A DNA stretch of 64,000 bases, taken from Pseudovirgaria hyperparasitica (lineage: Eukaryota). This document shows positions 43,967 through 56,020 of the stretch, piece after piece. Each line of letters opens with the position of its first letter. The first letter of the stretch is position 1. The notes under the pieces were generated by a model that worked only from the letters and a program-made list of their open reading frames with translations, was not told the origin of the DNA and did no database searches. The stretch lies in the NCBI GenBank assembly GCA_010093815.1, contig ML996573.1; one strand, 5' to 3'. A program made the position numbers and the translations under genes.

Positions 43967-46705
43967 TCATGGTTTCATGAATTGAGGTGCATCTTTCGCC
44001 CTCCAAAGATGCGTCATGTATCTGCTAAGACGTCGTATCGGTGTTTTCTTGGTCTTCGTTTCCTTGTCCTTGAGATCCATGTGCGCGGATTGAGGTCGTT
44101 GCTCGATGTTTAATTTACTTCGCTCTCCGAACCCCGAGCTTCGCTCTATCAGGCGGGAAAGACTTGCAATACTAGATCGCTTAGCCCGTCGTTGATCCGA
44201 GCCGCTACTATGTGTCGAAGAGATTGAGTAGGCCCGTGAGTTGGATTCGCGTTGCAATGTGCCGAAATGTCCGGTTGACCTGCTGCTACTCGTGAGAGAA
44301 GGTGCATCATCCACCGACATTCGCAGCTCTGGGCCTGGCTCTCCGAATTGTGAATTGAGTGTTCGGTTGTCCGTAATGGATGATGCTGCAGTTCCAAGCC
44401 TGGGAGTGTCGAGAGAAGACTGACTGCGATTGTAATTCGGCGAAGAGAACGAAGAGTTCGTGACAAATGTATCGGGCGTGCGGAGTGGGGGATCTGGAAG
44501 AGGAAGTAAAAGATTCATTTGTGGATGGCGTTGCTTTGGGTCAAGCTCAGTAGGAGTGATCGTAGACTCAGAGGAGTGGGTGAGTGACGAGGTTCTTGGC
44601 TCTTCGTGATCCTCAACCACTTCGACCGCACCATAGTTCGGATTACCAGGCAATCGAGACAGGCTTGGCAACAGCGAGGAGTGTGTCTCTAATACCGGTG
44701 ATGGCTCGTCGATCGCAGGTTTCTGTATGCGGAGGCCGTCATCGAAATTCCATTTGATGGCCGAACCAGTCGCCATATCCGATTCCACAAGCTGAATTCC
44801 GACACCTCTGACATCTTCCTCGTCCATGGGCTCCTTGGCATCGACTGCTCCAACCTGCTTATTGATACCTTCACCTACGTCTCTCTCAGATGCTGAGGTG
44901 ATACTCGCTTCTTCCTCTGGTTCTTCTTCCTCAAAGACATCGGCCATGACATTCGTAGCGATAACCGTACTTCGGGCTTCGAAGGGTACAAGAGCTGGTG
45001 CACTTTCGGTGCGGCGATGGTTTTGCTGCAGTCCATTCAAGAAGGTGGCGCTGTGTAAAGCCCGGCGTTGTCCACGAGCGCTCACGCCCCAACGATTTTC
45101 AGCCTCAAATGGTCCGAACGCAAGATCGAGATCGATGATTGGGCTTCGAGCATCGGTCTCAGGCGCTATGTGCTTCGGTTTCCATGTCGCATAATCCGTC
45201 TGTGTCCTGGGCTGAGCGGTCTCGATCTCCATGGGCGAGACAATCGTGACAGTATTGTCCGCATCAAAATCCGGGGTCATCTCGGGTATAAAGTCGGGCA
45301 AGGCCGGCACTGGAGGTATATCATCGTGAGAGCCATCCTTCAAGCGCGACTGTGGTTTGGACTTTCTGATAATCGAATTCGCCCATGACTTTACCTTGCG
45401 TGGCTTCCGAGATGTTTTCGGCTTTATGGCTTGGATTTTTTCGTCGTCCCCTTCCGACAAACCGTTTGCTGAGTCTTTTGTGGGCGAAGCAGGCGGAGTC
45501 TCAAGACTGACTGCGGGAAGCGAGGGATCAGAGCAGCTCGTGACAAGTTCGTGGTTGTCCAATGTTTTCGAAGAGAGATGAAAAAAACTGCGCCTTTTGG
45601 GCGTACCGGGTGATGGACTTGTCATAGATAATGGTGAGTCAGGAGATTGTGGTAGCAAGACTGATACAGGGCGCTTGCGGCCTTGGAGTCCTCCACCAAA
45701 GCCAAAAGTTCCCTGCTTGAGATCTAGAACAGCACCAGCCGTCTTTGGGCGTACAAGGGCGGCTTCGGATTCTGGCGAAGCACCGAGGGTTGGTCGGTGC
45801 CTGCGGCTAGGCGGGCTTGGAGCACTAGTGCTCGCAATAGATGACAGACTGTTGGTCACAGAATGACCACGTATTGTAGACATTGAGCTTTCTGTCTCTG
45901 AAGAGATGGTGGATAATGGCCTAATGTACTCCACTCTGTCAGAGAAACCAACGCGTGCCCTGGAAGGAGGTCTCCGAGGCGATGACTCTGGATCGTCTAC
46001 TGGCGATGAAGTTTCATCCGTAGAAGTTGATTGTGGGACTGGCTGGGACACTGCCTTGTTAATTTGTGATTTATCCCATGAGCTCGGGTCACTCTCCAAA
46101 GGAGTCGGAGGCGCGCTTCCACCATTTGTTGGTGTATGAGCATGGCCAGGTATCATTATGCTGCTAAGATCATGGCTAGAGATGGCTCCTGATCGTCGAT
46201 GGGCATGGCCTCGGCGTCCGGCAGGAGGGCCTGATTTGAGTCCACCGATGGGCGTTGGCAGGATACCATCGCCTTTTGTCGGACTTGTGCTCATCAAACC
46301 AAGTCCTGCCCTGCCATCGCCACCAATAAACTCACTTCCTCCTCGTCTATGACTAATATTCATACACGATGGTGAAGTGGGCGTAGTAGGTATAGATGCG
46401 AGAGGCGTAGTGGCCGCTGACACGGTGGCCGTATCGCCAGCAGGATTGAAGGAGAAGGTCGGCAGTAAATTTGCCGACTTCCCTCTGTTGTGACTGAATC
46501 CGCGCCTGGCGGTTGCTGGTGGCTGCAAGGAATGTGGTCTACGGTTTGCGACGGGGACAGGATCGGTAATGGATGGTGACGACGCGGGTAGTGGAAACAC
46601 GAAGTCAGGATTGGGAAGAAGCTCCACAGGACCGTTGTTGGTGTACAACGGTGTCCCAATCGTCATTGTCTCCTGCGTGGTCGACATTGAAGCAAAACGC
46701 GCCAT
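43967..46705 (-). CDS. Conserved fungal Ser/Pro-rich disordered protein (family often labelled 'cell wall proline-rich protein')
   Basis: Long intronless ORF with blocks LLPNPDFVFP, HRRGGSEFIGGD, RRGHAHRRSGAISSHDL, ARVGFSD, PIIDLD, HRRTESAP. First ATG at 46705; an alternative at 46687. Confidence 0.8.
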   Translation of the reverse strand: MARFASMSTTQETMTIGTPLYTNNGPVELLPNPDFVFPLPASSPSITDPVPVANRRPHSLQPPATARRGFSHNRGKSANLLPTFSFNPAGDTATVSAATTPLASIPTTPTSPSCMNISHRRGGSEFIGGDGRAGLGLMSTSPTKGDGILPTPIGGLKSGPPAGRRGHAHRRSGAISSHDLSSIMIPGHAHTPTNGGSAPPTPLESDPSSWDKSQINKAVSQPVPQSTSTDETSSPVDDPESSPRRPPSRARVGFSDRVEYIRPLSTISSETESSMSTIRGHSVTNSLSSIASTSAPSPPSRRHRPTLGASPESEAALVRPKTAGAVLDLKQGTFGFGGGLQGRKRPVSVLLPQSPDSPLSMTSPSPGTPKRRSFFHLSSKTLDNHELVTSCSDPSLPAVSLETPPASPTKDSANGLSEGDDEKIQAIKPKTSRKPRKVKSWANSIIRKSKPQSRLKDGSHDDIPPVPALPDFIPEMTPDFDADNTVTIVSPMEIETAQPRTQTDYATWKPKHIAPETDARSPIIDLDLAFGPFEAENRWGVSARGQRRALHSATFLNGLQQNHRRTESAPALVPFEARSTVIATNVMADVFEEEEPEEEASITSASERDVGEGINKQVGAVDAKEPMDEEDVRGVGIQLVESDMATGSAIKWNFDDGLRIQKPAIDEPSPVLETHSSLLPSLSRLPGNPNYGAVEVVEDHEEPRTSSLTHSSESTITPTELDPKQRHPQMNLLLPLPDPPLRTPDTFVTNSSFSSPNYNRSQSSLDTPRLGTAASSITDNRTLNSQFGEPGPELRMSVDDAPSLTSSSRSTGHFGTLQRESNSRAYSISSTHSSGSDQRRAKRSSIASLSRLIERSSGFGERSKLNIEQRPQSAHMDLKDKETKTKKTPIRRLSRYMTHLWRAKDAPQFMKP

Positions 46706-49700
46706 GTTGCAAGGAACCAACGGATCTTCTGGTTACTACAGACGACAGTGCCTTCTTAGAAGTGAGGTGTCTCGACGAAGTTCCAGGGAATGTTTGTGAG
46801 GAAGTCAAGTTTTAATTCTCACAGTATGAATAGGCGGCTCAGTAAGAGTATTCGTGACCGTCTTCCACGGAACGCAGGAGTCGGTAGGATAGGAGCAACG
46901 CTAAAGAGACGCAAACGCAATATTCATTACTGTAAATCGCGATCGTCAGTTACTTGTCATAGTCTTGACAGTTGAACGCTGGCGATACCTACAAGCAACG
47001 TAGATTCAAAGACTGAGGGAATGCAAAGGGAACCACGAGCGCAGTAAGATCCAGGCGAACGTCGACAGCCGATAAGGAATGACAGTAATGAACGGACGGC
47101 GACGAAGAAACGAGTAACACTTCTGAGAGCGTACTCGATATCTAGGAGCCTGATGTAGTGGAGAGGTTGGGATGGTAGCGGTGGAGGAGGTGGTGGTGGT
47201 TAGTGGGTGGTGGAGGATTGGCGGGAGGGTGGGTGAGGAAGTGAAGAAGACGAAGCAAGGAGAGTAGTAGATTGATGCGCTGAGGCCATTAGACAGACAG
47301 AGACCGAGAGAGAGAGACCACAGACCTTGGACGGGCAAGCAACGCTAGCGCAGGACCCAGCGACCAGAGCGTGAGATTAGGCCGCTTGGCTACGTGTCCG
47401 CCGCCCAGATGCAGCGAGGGAATAGCGGGTGCTAGGCAGCTAGGCAGCTATGGTTTAGGGTGTTTAGGGTGTTTAGGTGCGCCAGGGTATTACTGTAGGT
47501 GTTAGGCTGGCTGGGCTAAGCAGGATGAGGAAGCAGTACCTGGACTAGGCCAATTTGTGCATACAGAGAGAGTGTGAGAGTCATTTCGAAATCCTTTGGT
47601 GCTGCCTCTGCCTGTCCGGAACAACACGCCAGCGAGAGCAATCTCAAGAAACTACAAATGTATAGCAAAACCATCCCTCCCACTGCATCCAAAAGTCCGT
47701 CTTGCTAACCGTCAACAGCAGGAGAAGAATTGCTCTCGTCTTCCGTACGCACACGCACAGGGACCGACCAAAATACACACAGGCCGGACGCAAGAACAAA
47801 GAATGCGTGGGTCTTGTACCAGCTGTAGTGTCACCCTCATTCCTCAACCCGTCGCCGCCTCAAGGGCGTCCAAGGAGACAGAATCGCAAGAGATCACAAT
47901 GACAGACAAGCCAAGTCCAGGGTGTCCCTCGGACAACAGAGCAAGTCGCAATCTCAGGAGATGGCCCAGAAGCCGGGCAGTGAGCCAATTGCAGGCAGCT
48001 GGCGCAGCAGCCGTAGCTGGGCTTTCGTAGATCCGAAATCACCAATGATAAAGCCTCCAGCCACGCTTCTTCATTTCCTGCCATGCATAGCATACCGTAG
48101 CGTACAAACAGCTAGTACGCTCTGAAGGAGATTGTGGGGCTTTCAATTGCTGCGTTCCAAGCTTTGCTCTTGTTGCGTGGCTCACCACTCTCCACGGACT
48201 GCTGACTACTGGTGCTACGACGACGACGACACCCACTCTCTCTGCAGCAAAAAGTCTCCGCTGCGACCTCAGCAAACCTCCCTATCTTACAGAACGTGCC
48301 GTGTCGACCCTATCTCGTGTCCTGAAGATCTCGACCCGTCGCAGTGCTTCGAGCCGCCCGCCATCTGCAGGCTACTCTGCCGGAACAAGGGAAGGCAATG
48401 ACTAGCATTGCGGAGACGTAAAAACCAGCATGCCATTCTTTCGTGTCACGTTTGATCTTGGCGACTGTATACCTCACTACATAAGACCGCTTATCCATGT
48501 CTAGCAGTTGCTCCTGGCCAATCATTTCTTTTATCGACCCAGACACGAACGGTACGCGACCGGTACCTCCGCAAAGCAAGGACACCAGGTTTAACGACTA
48601 CGCGTTAGAAAAAAAATATTCTAGTTTGGTACACAATAGAGGCGTGGAAAGACTTCACCCTGCTAGAGACTTGAAAGCTGAGCGGTTGCGTCGCGGAAAA
48701 CATGACTTGTGCACAGCACTCAGCAAAGATGCAACAAACAGGAGAGTCAAGTCCTGAATATTGCACTGGCACTGCAGTCGAAGCTTGGACACAAGGCTTG
48801 GGAGTTTCGAGCGTAGTTGATCCCTGATCAACACTTTTCGCTTCCTTCCAGCTCCACTTCCGTGCATTGGCTTTCCCCTCTCTAGATCCTGCGCCAAAAG
48901 AATGGCGTTGGCATTGCTATCTTCGTCGTCAGTTCTGAGCGATTGGTTACCGGCAGTGGCTAAGATCTGACTGTATACTCAAACTTTATCAACTCCTATG
49001 TACTGGCAGGGGTCGCAGATCTTGTACACGAACTCGGCTGACAGAACAACAAAAACGTGCCGTACACCAGCATATGCAATCAGCCATCCATCGTGGTCTG
49101 GATAGGTCGGCGCGAAGTGCTGTCAAATGGCATGTTCTCCTCACAAACAATCCTCAGTCACATTATTCATGTACAGTTGCGCCTCCACAGAGGCCCATGC
49201 CCTTTCATTTGTTTTTTAAGGACTCAAGGACCACGCCTCGCCTCGTCTCCACGTTTTGGCTTCTGGACGCCGCTCATTCCCCAAGTCTGCATATTGTTTG
49301 ACATATTGCTTGATCCTAGCCCTGTGCAGCCTCGGAAGGAGAGACTTGCCACATCCTCCTACATACGTCGGCACCATCATTGAGATTTGCATCTCTTTAA
49401 CGAAATGCCACCCCGCAAACACCATTTAAACCTCCGGTCTCCCCAGAGATCAACAAAAGGTCTGTTATTGACCCGTCATTACCCGGCAGAGTTGTAATAA
49501 TGGTCCAGTCGGCACAATACTAAACGGCCAAGTGGTTGCCAGAAAAATATAGAAATGAGCCAATATATGAATTCGCAAAACTACGAAATACTCATTCCCG
49601 ACCACAAAATCAACCAATAGATTCGGACTGTCAGGTGGAAATCCAAACCTACCGATGATGACCTGCCAGTGTATTTCAGTGTTCAAAACAGGAACCGCCA

Positions 49701-50404
49701 TGCGATCATCGCAGCAGCAACTGCGTCAAATCACTCGAATCCTGTTCGGCGTTTTAATCGTCTACGGTGACGCTAGTACCACCACTGCAGGTACCAGTCT
49801 GTCAACCCGCTTGTGACGCAACGCACCACCGCTGTCTCACCATTCTCTGGCGACCTCGTGTGGGCTTCCGCTTGATGACACCAGGTGCCTAAGATCCTCA
49901 TCTTCTCCATGTTGTGGTACAAAGAGTCAGTGCGAGCGGCTGCCACTTTCCGGTTGCACGGCGCTCCCATAAGCAAGCTCGAGGCTCGGATGTTAAGTCT
50001 TACATCAAGACCTTGAACACGTACGTCAGTTCATTCTTCTCGCCGACTGAGATCTGCGTAGATACCGTTTCCCTTCATCGGACTTGTACGACATAGCTTT
50101 GTTGTTACTAACATGGCGTTCGACTTCCTAGTTGGTACGTACGCGATGCAAGAAATGACCGGTCACCTGATGATAGACAATTCCACCCATCTCGTTTGTG
50201 ACACAGGTCTTCGAGTGTCTGTATAGTACTTTATCAATGACACACTTCAGCTGAACTGAAATTCGAGGAGTCACAAACCAGACATATACCATCGGGGGAT
50301 TCACTAAGCAAGATCAAATGCAGCAGTATTATTCACGAACATAGTATGAGCTTCCTAGGCACATTATCCTGAGCGCTGTGGGAATCGTTAGAATTGCTAC
50401 ACTA

Positions 50405-51874
50405 CTAGAAGAAACATATTGTACGAATCTCCACGCTTTCCCGCATCGGCGCATCCTTGGGACTCGTCGGATCAACGAACGCTGTATGCCCAACGAAACG
50501 CGCCCGTCCATCCATCGCCGAGTCGAATGTCTTCAGCAAGATGACCTGGTTGGGCGACATACGCGAAAAGTAGTACCATTTATGCTTGTTTGAGTAATTT
50601 AAAACGTAGTTCTCCCCCGTGCGTTCCCGATATCGCAGGTACAACTTGAAGAAATCTTTGTCTTCGCACGATTCCACGTCACACATGGCTAGCGGCCGCT
50701 CCTCGACGACACGATTGATCGGTTTCCACACGTTGATGAAGGCGACACGGCGAGACAGGAGGTCTTTGGACTCGTCGGGTAGCAACTGCTCGACCCGCTT
50801 TGGGCCAGATTCGGCGGTGTAGTCGCAGTGCACAAGCATGACAGGAGAGCGCTGAGACGTATTCTTCTCGTCGGTAAGCGCCTTTTGTGAGTTCCGCTCG
50901 GAGCGTATTGTGTGATCGAAAACAAGAACACGCGTTGCGCCCAAGGTTTTTTCAAGAAAGGAAACAACGTCCGGGTAGAATTCAGACCGCACAGCCTCAT
51001 CATTCTCCCAGTCGTTGGAGTAAGAGGTATTGAAAGAGTGTAAGGAAAACCCGTTTTTGTCCAGGTGGAACTTGTCCCATTGCTGCCAGCCGTCCGTCAC
51101 GGTGATTTCGCGCGCTAGGTCCCCTGGTTCGTGGATGTCTTTAGCCTTCTCGTCCTCATAAAAGTACAGCTCTGTGAGCCGGTCTACAGCTTTTGTGTAG
51201 TTGACAGTGGTACGTACAGATGGAGGGCCGTTAGGGAGCAGGGCCTTGTTCACTGCACCCTGTGTCTTCTTCCACGCCTCGAGCGGCTCAATGCCCTGCG
51301 TGTACCAGCGTTTCAGGTTCGGGTACTGGTCAAGAGGCAGACGTTGCGCAGCGTAGAGGTGCATGGGCGAGGCAACCGCAATGTCGGCAATGGTAGGCGT
51401 GTCGCCTACGAGGTACTTGGTCTTGGACAGCTGGGCCTCGAGGATGCCGGCGTATTTGCGGAACTTGGGCTCCTCGGCGTCAATCACGGCCTGATCCGGG
51501 GTTGCCTTGAGCAGAGGCTTGGCCACGAACTCGACAAGGTAGACGTAGCAGCTGGGAAACCACGCAGAGGCTTCCCAGAGCAGCCACTTGTTGACCTGGG
51601 CGCGCTGTCTGAGGTCTTTGGGATAATATGCATCGCTCCCGGCTGTGTCGGCGGCGTACTGGAGAATCGCATTGGACTCGGTGATGGTCAGGTCTCCATC
51701 CGTCGCCGCGGGCATAGTCTGCATGGGATTGATCTTCGTGAACCAGTCGCTCTTGTGCTCCCCCTTGAAGTAGTCGACATTGGTTGACTTGTACTCGATC
51801 TTCATCAGGTCGAGGCCAGCGAGCACCTTTCGGCTGTTGACCGTGCACGGATCCAGATACAACTCGATACCCAT
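50405..51874 (-). CDS. Fusion protein: N-terminal glutathione S-transferase plus C-terminal CmcJ/NvfI/AsaB-family Fe(II)/2OG oxygenase
   Basis: GST half: INP..TMP, ITESNAILQY, YLVGDTPTIADI, YPNLKRW. C-terminal half: FHLDKNGF, YP....L...LGATRV.VFDHTIR, VHCDYT, FINVWKPI, PLAMCD, HKWYY..M.P..V.LLK.FDS, HTAF.DP..RESVEIR. Confidence 0.92.
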   Translation of the reverse strand: MGIELYLDPCTVNSRKVLAGLDLMKIEYKSTNVDYFKGEHKSDWFTKINPMQTMPAATDGDLTITESNAILQYAADTAGSDAYYPKDLRQRAQVNKWLLWEASAWFPSCYVYLVEFVAKPLLKATPDQAVIDAEEPKFRKYAGILEAQLSKTKYLVGDTPTIADIAVASPMHLYAAQRLPLDQYPNLKRWYTQGIEPLEAWKKTQGAVNKALLPNGPPSVRTTVNYTKAVDRLTELYFYEDEKAKDIHEPGDLAREITVTDGWQQWDKFHLDKNGFSLHSFNTSYSNDWENDEAVRSEFYPDVVSFLEKTLGATRVLVFDHTIRSERNSQKALTDEKNTSQRSPVMLVHCDYTAESGPKRVEQLLPDESKDLLSRRVAFINVWKPINRVVEERPLAMCDVESCEDKDFFKLYLRYRERTGENYVLNYSNKHKWYYFSRMSPNQVILLKTFDSAMDGRARFVGHTAFVDPTSPKDAPMRESVEIRTICFF

Positions 51875-53456
51875 GTTGACAATCTTCAGACTATGGTTTC
51901 AGGTAGGGTAGGGTGAGGTATTATTATTAGAAGCCTTTGTGAATGATCTGCTCAAGGTTAAGCAACCACAAAAGAAGTATACCGAGACCCAAGCCCCTTC
52001 CCAACCCTCAAACCAGACCGCTGAGAGGATATAAATACACATTTCGGGAACAAGAGCTTCTACCCCGCCTTGTCAATCCCCCCCCCCTCCAAGACAATTC
52101 CTGTCGCCCGATTACGAAGCAGGACGGTTTCCACTTGTCGACATACAGTACACTCCGGAGCGATGTGGCGTATGATGGTTGGCAACACCTCGGGTGGACA
52201 CCTGCGCAGCCAAGACGCGTATGACCTCACATCCATCTATCTGTCTGCACAGCTTCCCATGCCCAGGGCATTTTAGAAGATCTGCGGGGTCTGTCCCCAT
52301 GACCAATTTGCACGAAGAAGACAATCACATCTACTTCCTTACTTCCTACACAGCTGCGCATAATCCAGTCCTGTCATATTACGAAGTATAATGCCCCCTC
52401 CCCATCCATGTAATGTCTAGACCCAACCTATATTCATGCCACAACCCCCACCACCCTCGAACAAAATCATGATAACCACCCCCAATGAGACATTACAGAT
52501 CTTGAAACATCAGCAGTCTTCTGACGGCATTACGTGCATGCTTCCCCGTCTGCCACGTCCAGTCATAGATGCAGATGTCTGTGCAAGCAAGCATCCATGT
52601 CCCGCATGGATCCCCTCCTCTCTTCCCGTTACACCGAGACTAGGCTGGATACGGACACGGACGCTGATATGATGTGATGTGATGTGATATGATACCTATG
52701 CTCGCCTGCTTGCCTTCCTGCCTGTCTTCCTGCCTGTGGTCCTGCCTTCTTGGAGCTTGGATCATGAGTACAAACCCAAACACCAGACCATACCCCGCGC
52801 AGAAATAAACATGATACATACGCACATGTACATACCGGTGTGCGTGCATGCATGCGTACGTATCCGCGTCCCGCCTCCACAGCATAGTAGAGAATAGCGA
52901 GATATGTGAGTGATGAACACGGGGTGTTTGTTGGGGGGGGGAAGAGGGTTAATAGATGGTTTTGAGAGGAAGCGTTTTCTATGTACAGAGTCCTAGGGGT
53001 CGTTTTAGTGGCTTCGGGTAGTGAAGTGAGCTTTCTTCAAGACGTGTGGGTATTGGGACAGCTGACGTTCGGCGCATGGAAGGTAAGGTAGGAAACGAGG
53101 TTGGGGGGGGGGCGTCTATTGGGTTTTTCTGGAAGCAAGCGGCATGGAAGAGGTCAGGTAGATAGGGGTGAGCAGCCTAGAGGATTGGTCGGGTTGTTTT
53201 CAGTCTGGTTCACTGTTGTCAGGAATTCAAGTAGTGCCTGATAACCACCTTCTTTGCAATCTGTCTTTTGATGCAGGTATCTTCAGCGGACGTATTTGAA
53301 TTTCAAGGCAAGATTTGATCGTCACTTAGACGGGGTTGGAGGTCTTTCATGCATCATGTACGTATACTACGGGTGGTATGGTATATAGGTCAATTTTCAA
53401 TTACAGTATGGCCTCGACAGCGTAGTAAGGGAGATTCCTCGACCGAAGTTGCTTCT

Positions 53457-55059
53457 CTACTCGATACAAGCTACCAGAATCTTTTCAAAGTCACCGCTTG
53501 TCTCGCTCTCGATGCGTTTCCGTAGCGTCTTTCCATACAGCTTTATGAATCGATCCTTCACAGCATGCATGTGCTGTCGGTTCCAATGCATACGGACAAC
53601 ACGGTTCATGAGCATGGTGTCCCTGGTGCCTAGACCCTTCATCGTTTCCTCAAGTTGAACTGCGTCCGATTCCACTCTGTCAACGGCACGGTTGACAAAC
53701 AACATTAGAGTGGCTTCCATGTGTCCGGAGAATTGCTTCTTGATCGCATCGACCAGCTTCTGTGAGAATTGATTTTGAAACTCATAGGCGATGGCGCGGA
53801 CTTGAGCGTCATTCTTGAGTAGCAAAATGTTGCAGAACTGTACTTGGTTCTTGATGCCAGTCATAGCATGTCGAAGCGCCTTTGCATCCTCGCGAGCTTG
53901 ATGCAGATCGACTGGAATAGAATCCTCGTTACGTCGCGCACTGATGATTATCATGAACATCTCTTCCGTAGCCGCCGACAAGTCGCTTCTAAGGTTGCTC
54001 TCCAAGGACTTTTTCTTTGTGCCCTGATAGTGAGCTTTGATAGCGTTCATGTCTGCATTCGAACGTCCCACCAGCACATCGTCAAGAGCACTCTCCTTTG
54101 TACCTATGCCTACCAAGGCATTGTCAAGAACCTCAACATCATGCGTTAGTGGACCTTGTACAATCGCAATGAGAGTTTCCAGGGACTTTGACAGTTTCCC
54201 GAAAACAGCATGAGCTTTGATATCTAAAATCAGATAATCGTGAGTCTGGGGATCGCCAGTCTTGGAATCGCAAGTCTTGGATAATTTTTCGGTTTCGAGG
54301 CGTTGTTTACATTCGGTGTCATAATCTGCCCGAAGCTTTGCGATTTGTAGTGGATCCAGTTTACTTAAGGTACCGATCAACGCCTTCTCGTCGATGCCGA
54401 TACTACCACGTAAGGCCTTGTAAATGATTGGTAGCTTAACTGTCATTTCATATGGTGCCATCTGCCCCTGAATGTATCCTAGCGTGGGAGGAGTTGGCGC
54501 TCCGGGAGGTACTCCCCATTGTCCCTGAGGGGCTCCGTGTTGTCCCTGTAGGCTGTTAAAAATCAACACGCGCGATGGGCTGATACCATCTTACCGGAGG
54601 AGGAACACCATAGTAATGGCCTGGTGGAGCCCCGTACGGCTGTTGCTGAGACGGAGGATACTGGCCTTGCCCCTGGGCAGGAGGTGCTTCGTACTGTGCC
54701 GGCGGAGCGTATCCTTGATGTTGGCTATAGCCTGGTTGCACGTATTGACCTTGGGGTGGGCCTGGTGCATATTGAGGAGCTGGCGCATATTGACCTTGAG
54801 GATGAACAGGCGGATATTGAGCCTGTGGAGGGACTTGCGTGTATTGAGGCTGTGGGGGATACTGCGAGTGTTGACCTGGCTGTTGATATCCTGGTTGTGT
54901 ATAAGGTTGCTGAACGTACGGCTGTTGATTGTACCCAGGCTGGGGTGGATCTGAATGTTCAATTGTCACTCACCAGAGGCAGTGGTATCAGAAGGACTTA
55001 CGGCTTTGGGATGGCGGATAACCTGGATATCCGCCTGGTGGCGGATACTGATGAGACAT
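53457..55059 (-). CDS. Fungal annexin with a P/Q/Y/G-rich N-terminus; introns 54951-55001 and 54546-54594
   Basis: Annexin repeats GIGTKE..L.GRSNAD, FSGHME, MKGLGT..RVVRMHW, ETSGDFEK; exons join in frame. Confidence 0.9.
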
Positions 55060-56020
55060 AGGTCGTCTGAATGGTAGTATAGAATGATGTTGAAATTACG
55101 ACCGTTATGTGTTAGCAGGCGGATTGAGGGAATAATGTGTCTGGAAGAAGGCTGAGATCATGGACAGTTGCTTAAAGCTGAGTGAGCCATTGTACGAGAA
55201 ACAAGATGGACTGCAAGTGCTTATAGTGGGGGCGGCTGTGTTACTGCCCCGCATGGATGGATCGCACCCTTAACTTGTCGACTCGTCAACTGTGGCGGTG
55301 AAGTGCACTGCAATAGGCTGGTCAATCGGATGGCATGATTAGCTCGAAAGGCCTAGTGTAAGTGCCAGTTGGCATAATCTGCTCTGTAAACTGGTGATGT
55401 TCGTATGAGGAGATCAGTAGAACAGACGTCATACTCCACAACTACAGTCAGAGCCCATTCGATGCGACAGTATCAAAGGGCATATTTTCAAGGGCGAACG
55501 AATGAATCCAGTGCCCTAGTCCATCCAATAGCCGGTAGACAGCTTCACAGTACAAGTCTTGGACAGTAAGTTTCCATTCGGGGACGACCTTGAGCAAACG
55601 TTGTGAATATTCAAGGCTGTGAGGCTGTAGTCCCGCGTATTACCTGCGCCACCTGCGCCACTTCCACCTATCTCACCCACCATAACTACCATCACAACCA
55701 ATGAGACGTCCAGCTTGAATTACCGCCATACTGTATGCACGCCAAGGCATAGAACAAGCGCCGTCCCTGACCGTCTCTCTCAGCACGTCAGTCGAAGCTT
55801 GAAAAGATACTTGGACATCTGGTGGGAGTTCCTGCTCTCTATGTGCAAATCTCAATCCTTACGTTGTGGTCTTTGCGGTTTGGAGCCTCATACCGCGACA
55901 TTGTCACGATCTTCGGATAGCTTCATGTTGAACTACATGCCTAGCGCAGCCCTCGAGCAATGTGGATAATATTCCAAGCATACATCGCTACCACCGTGCT
56001 TTAATCAACTTCGGCTCATA

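Noticed and set aside
47580..50300. Short ORFs between the Ser/Pro-rich gene and the GST fusion
   Set aside because: No codon bias, motifs or consistent splice structure.
54546..55059. Annexin Q/P/Y/G-rich N-terminus as an amyloid signalling motif for the HET protein
   Set aside because: Such tails are normal for this annexin type, and I see no HET-s, PP or sigma-like motif.
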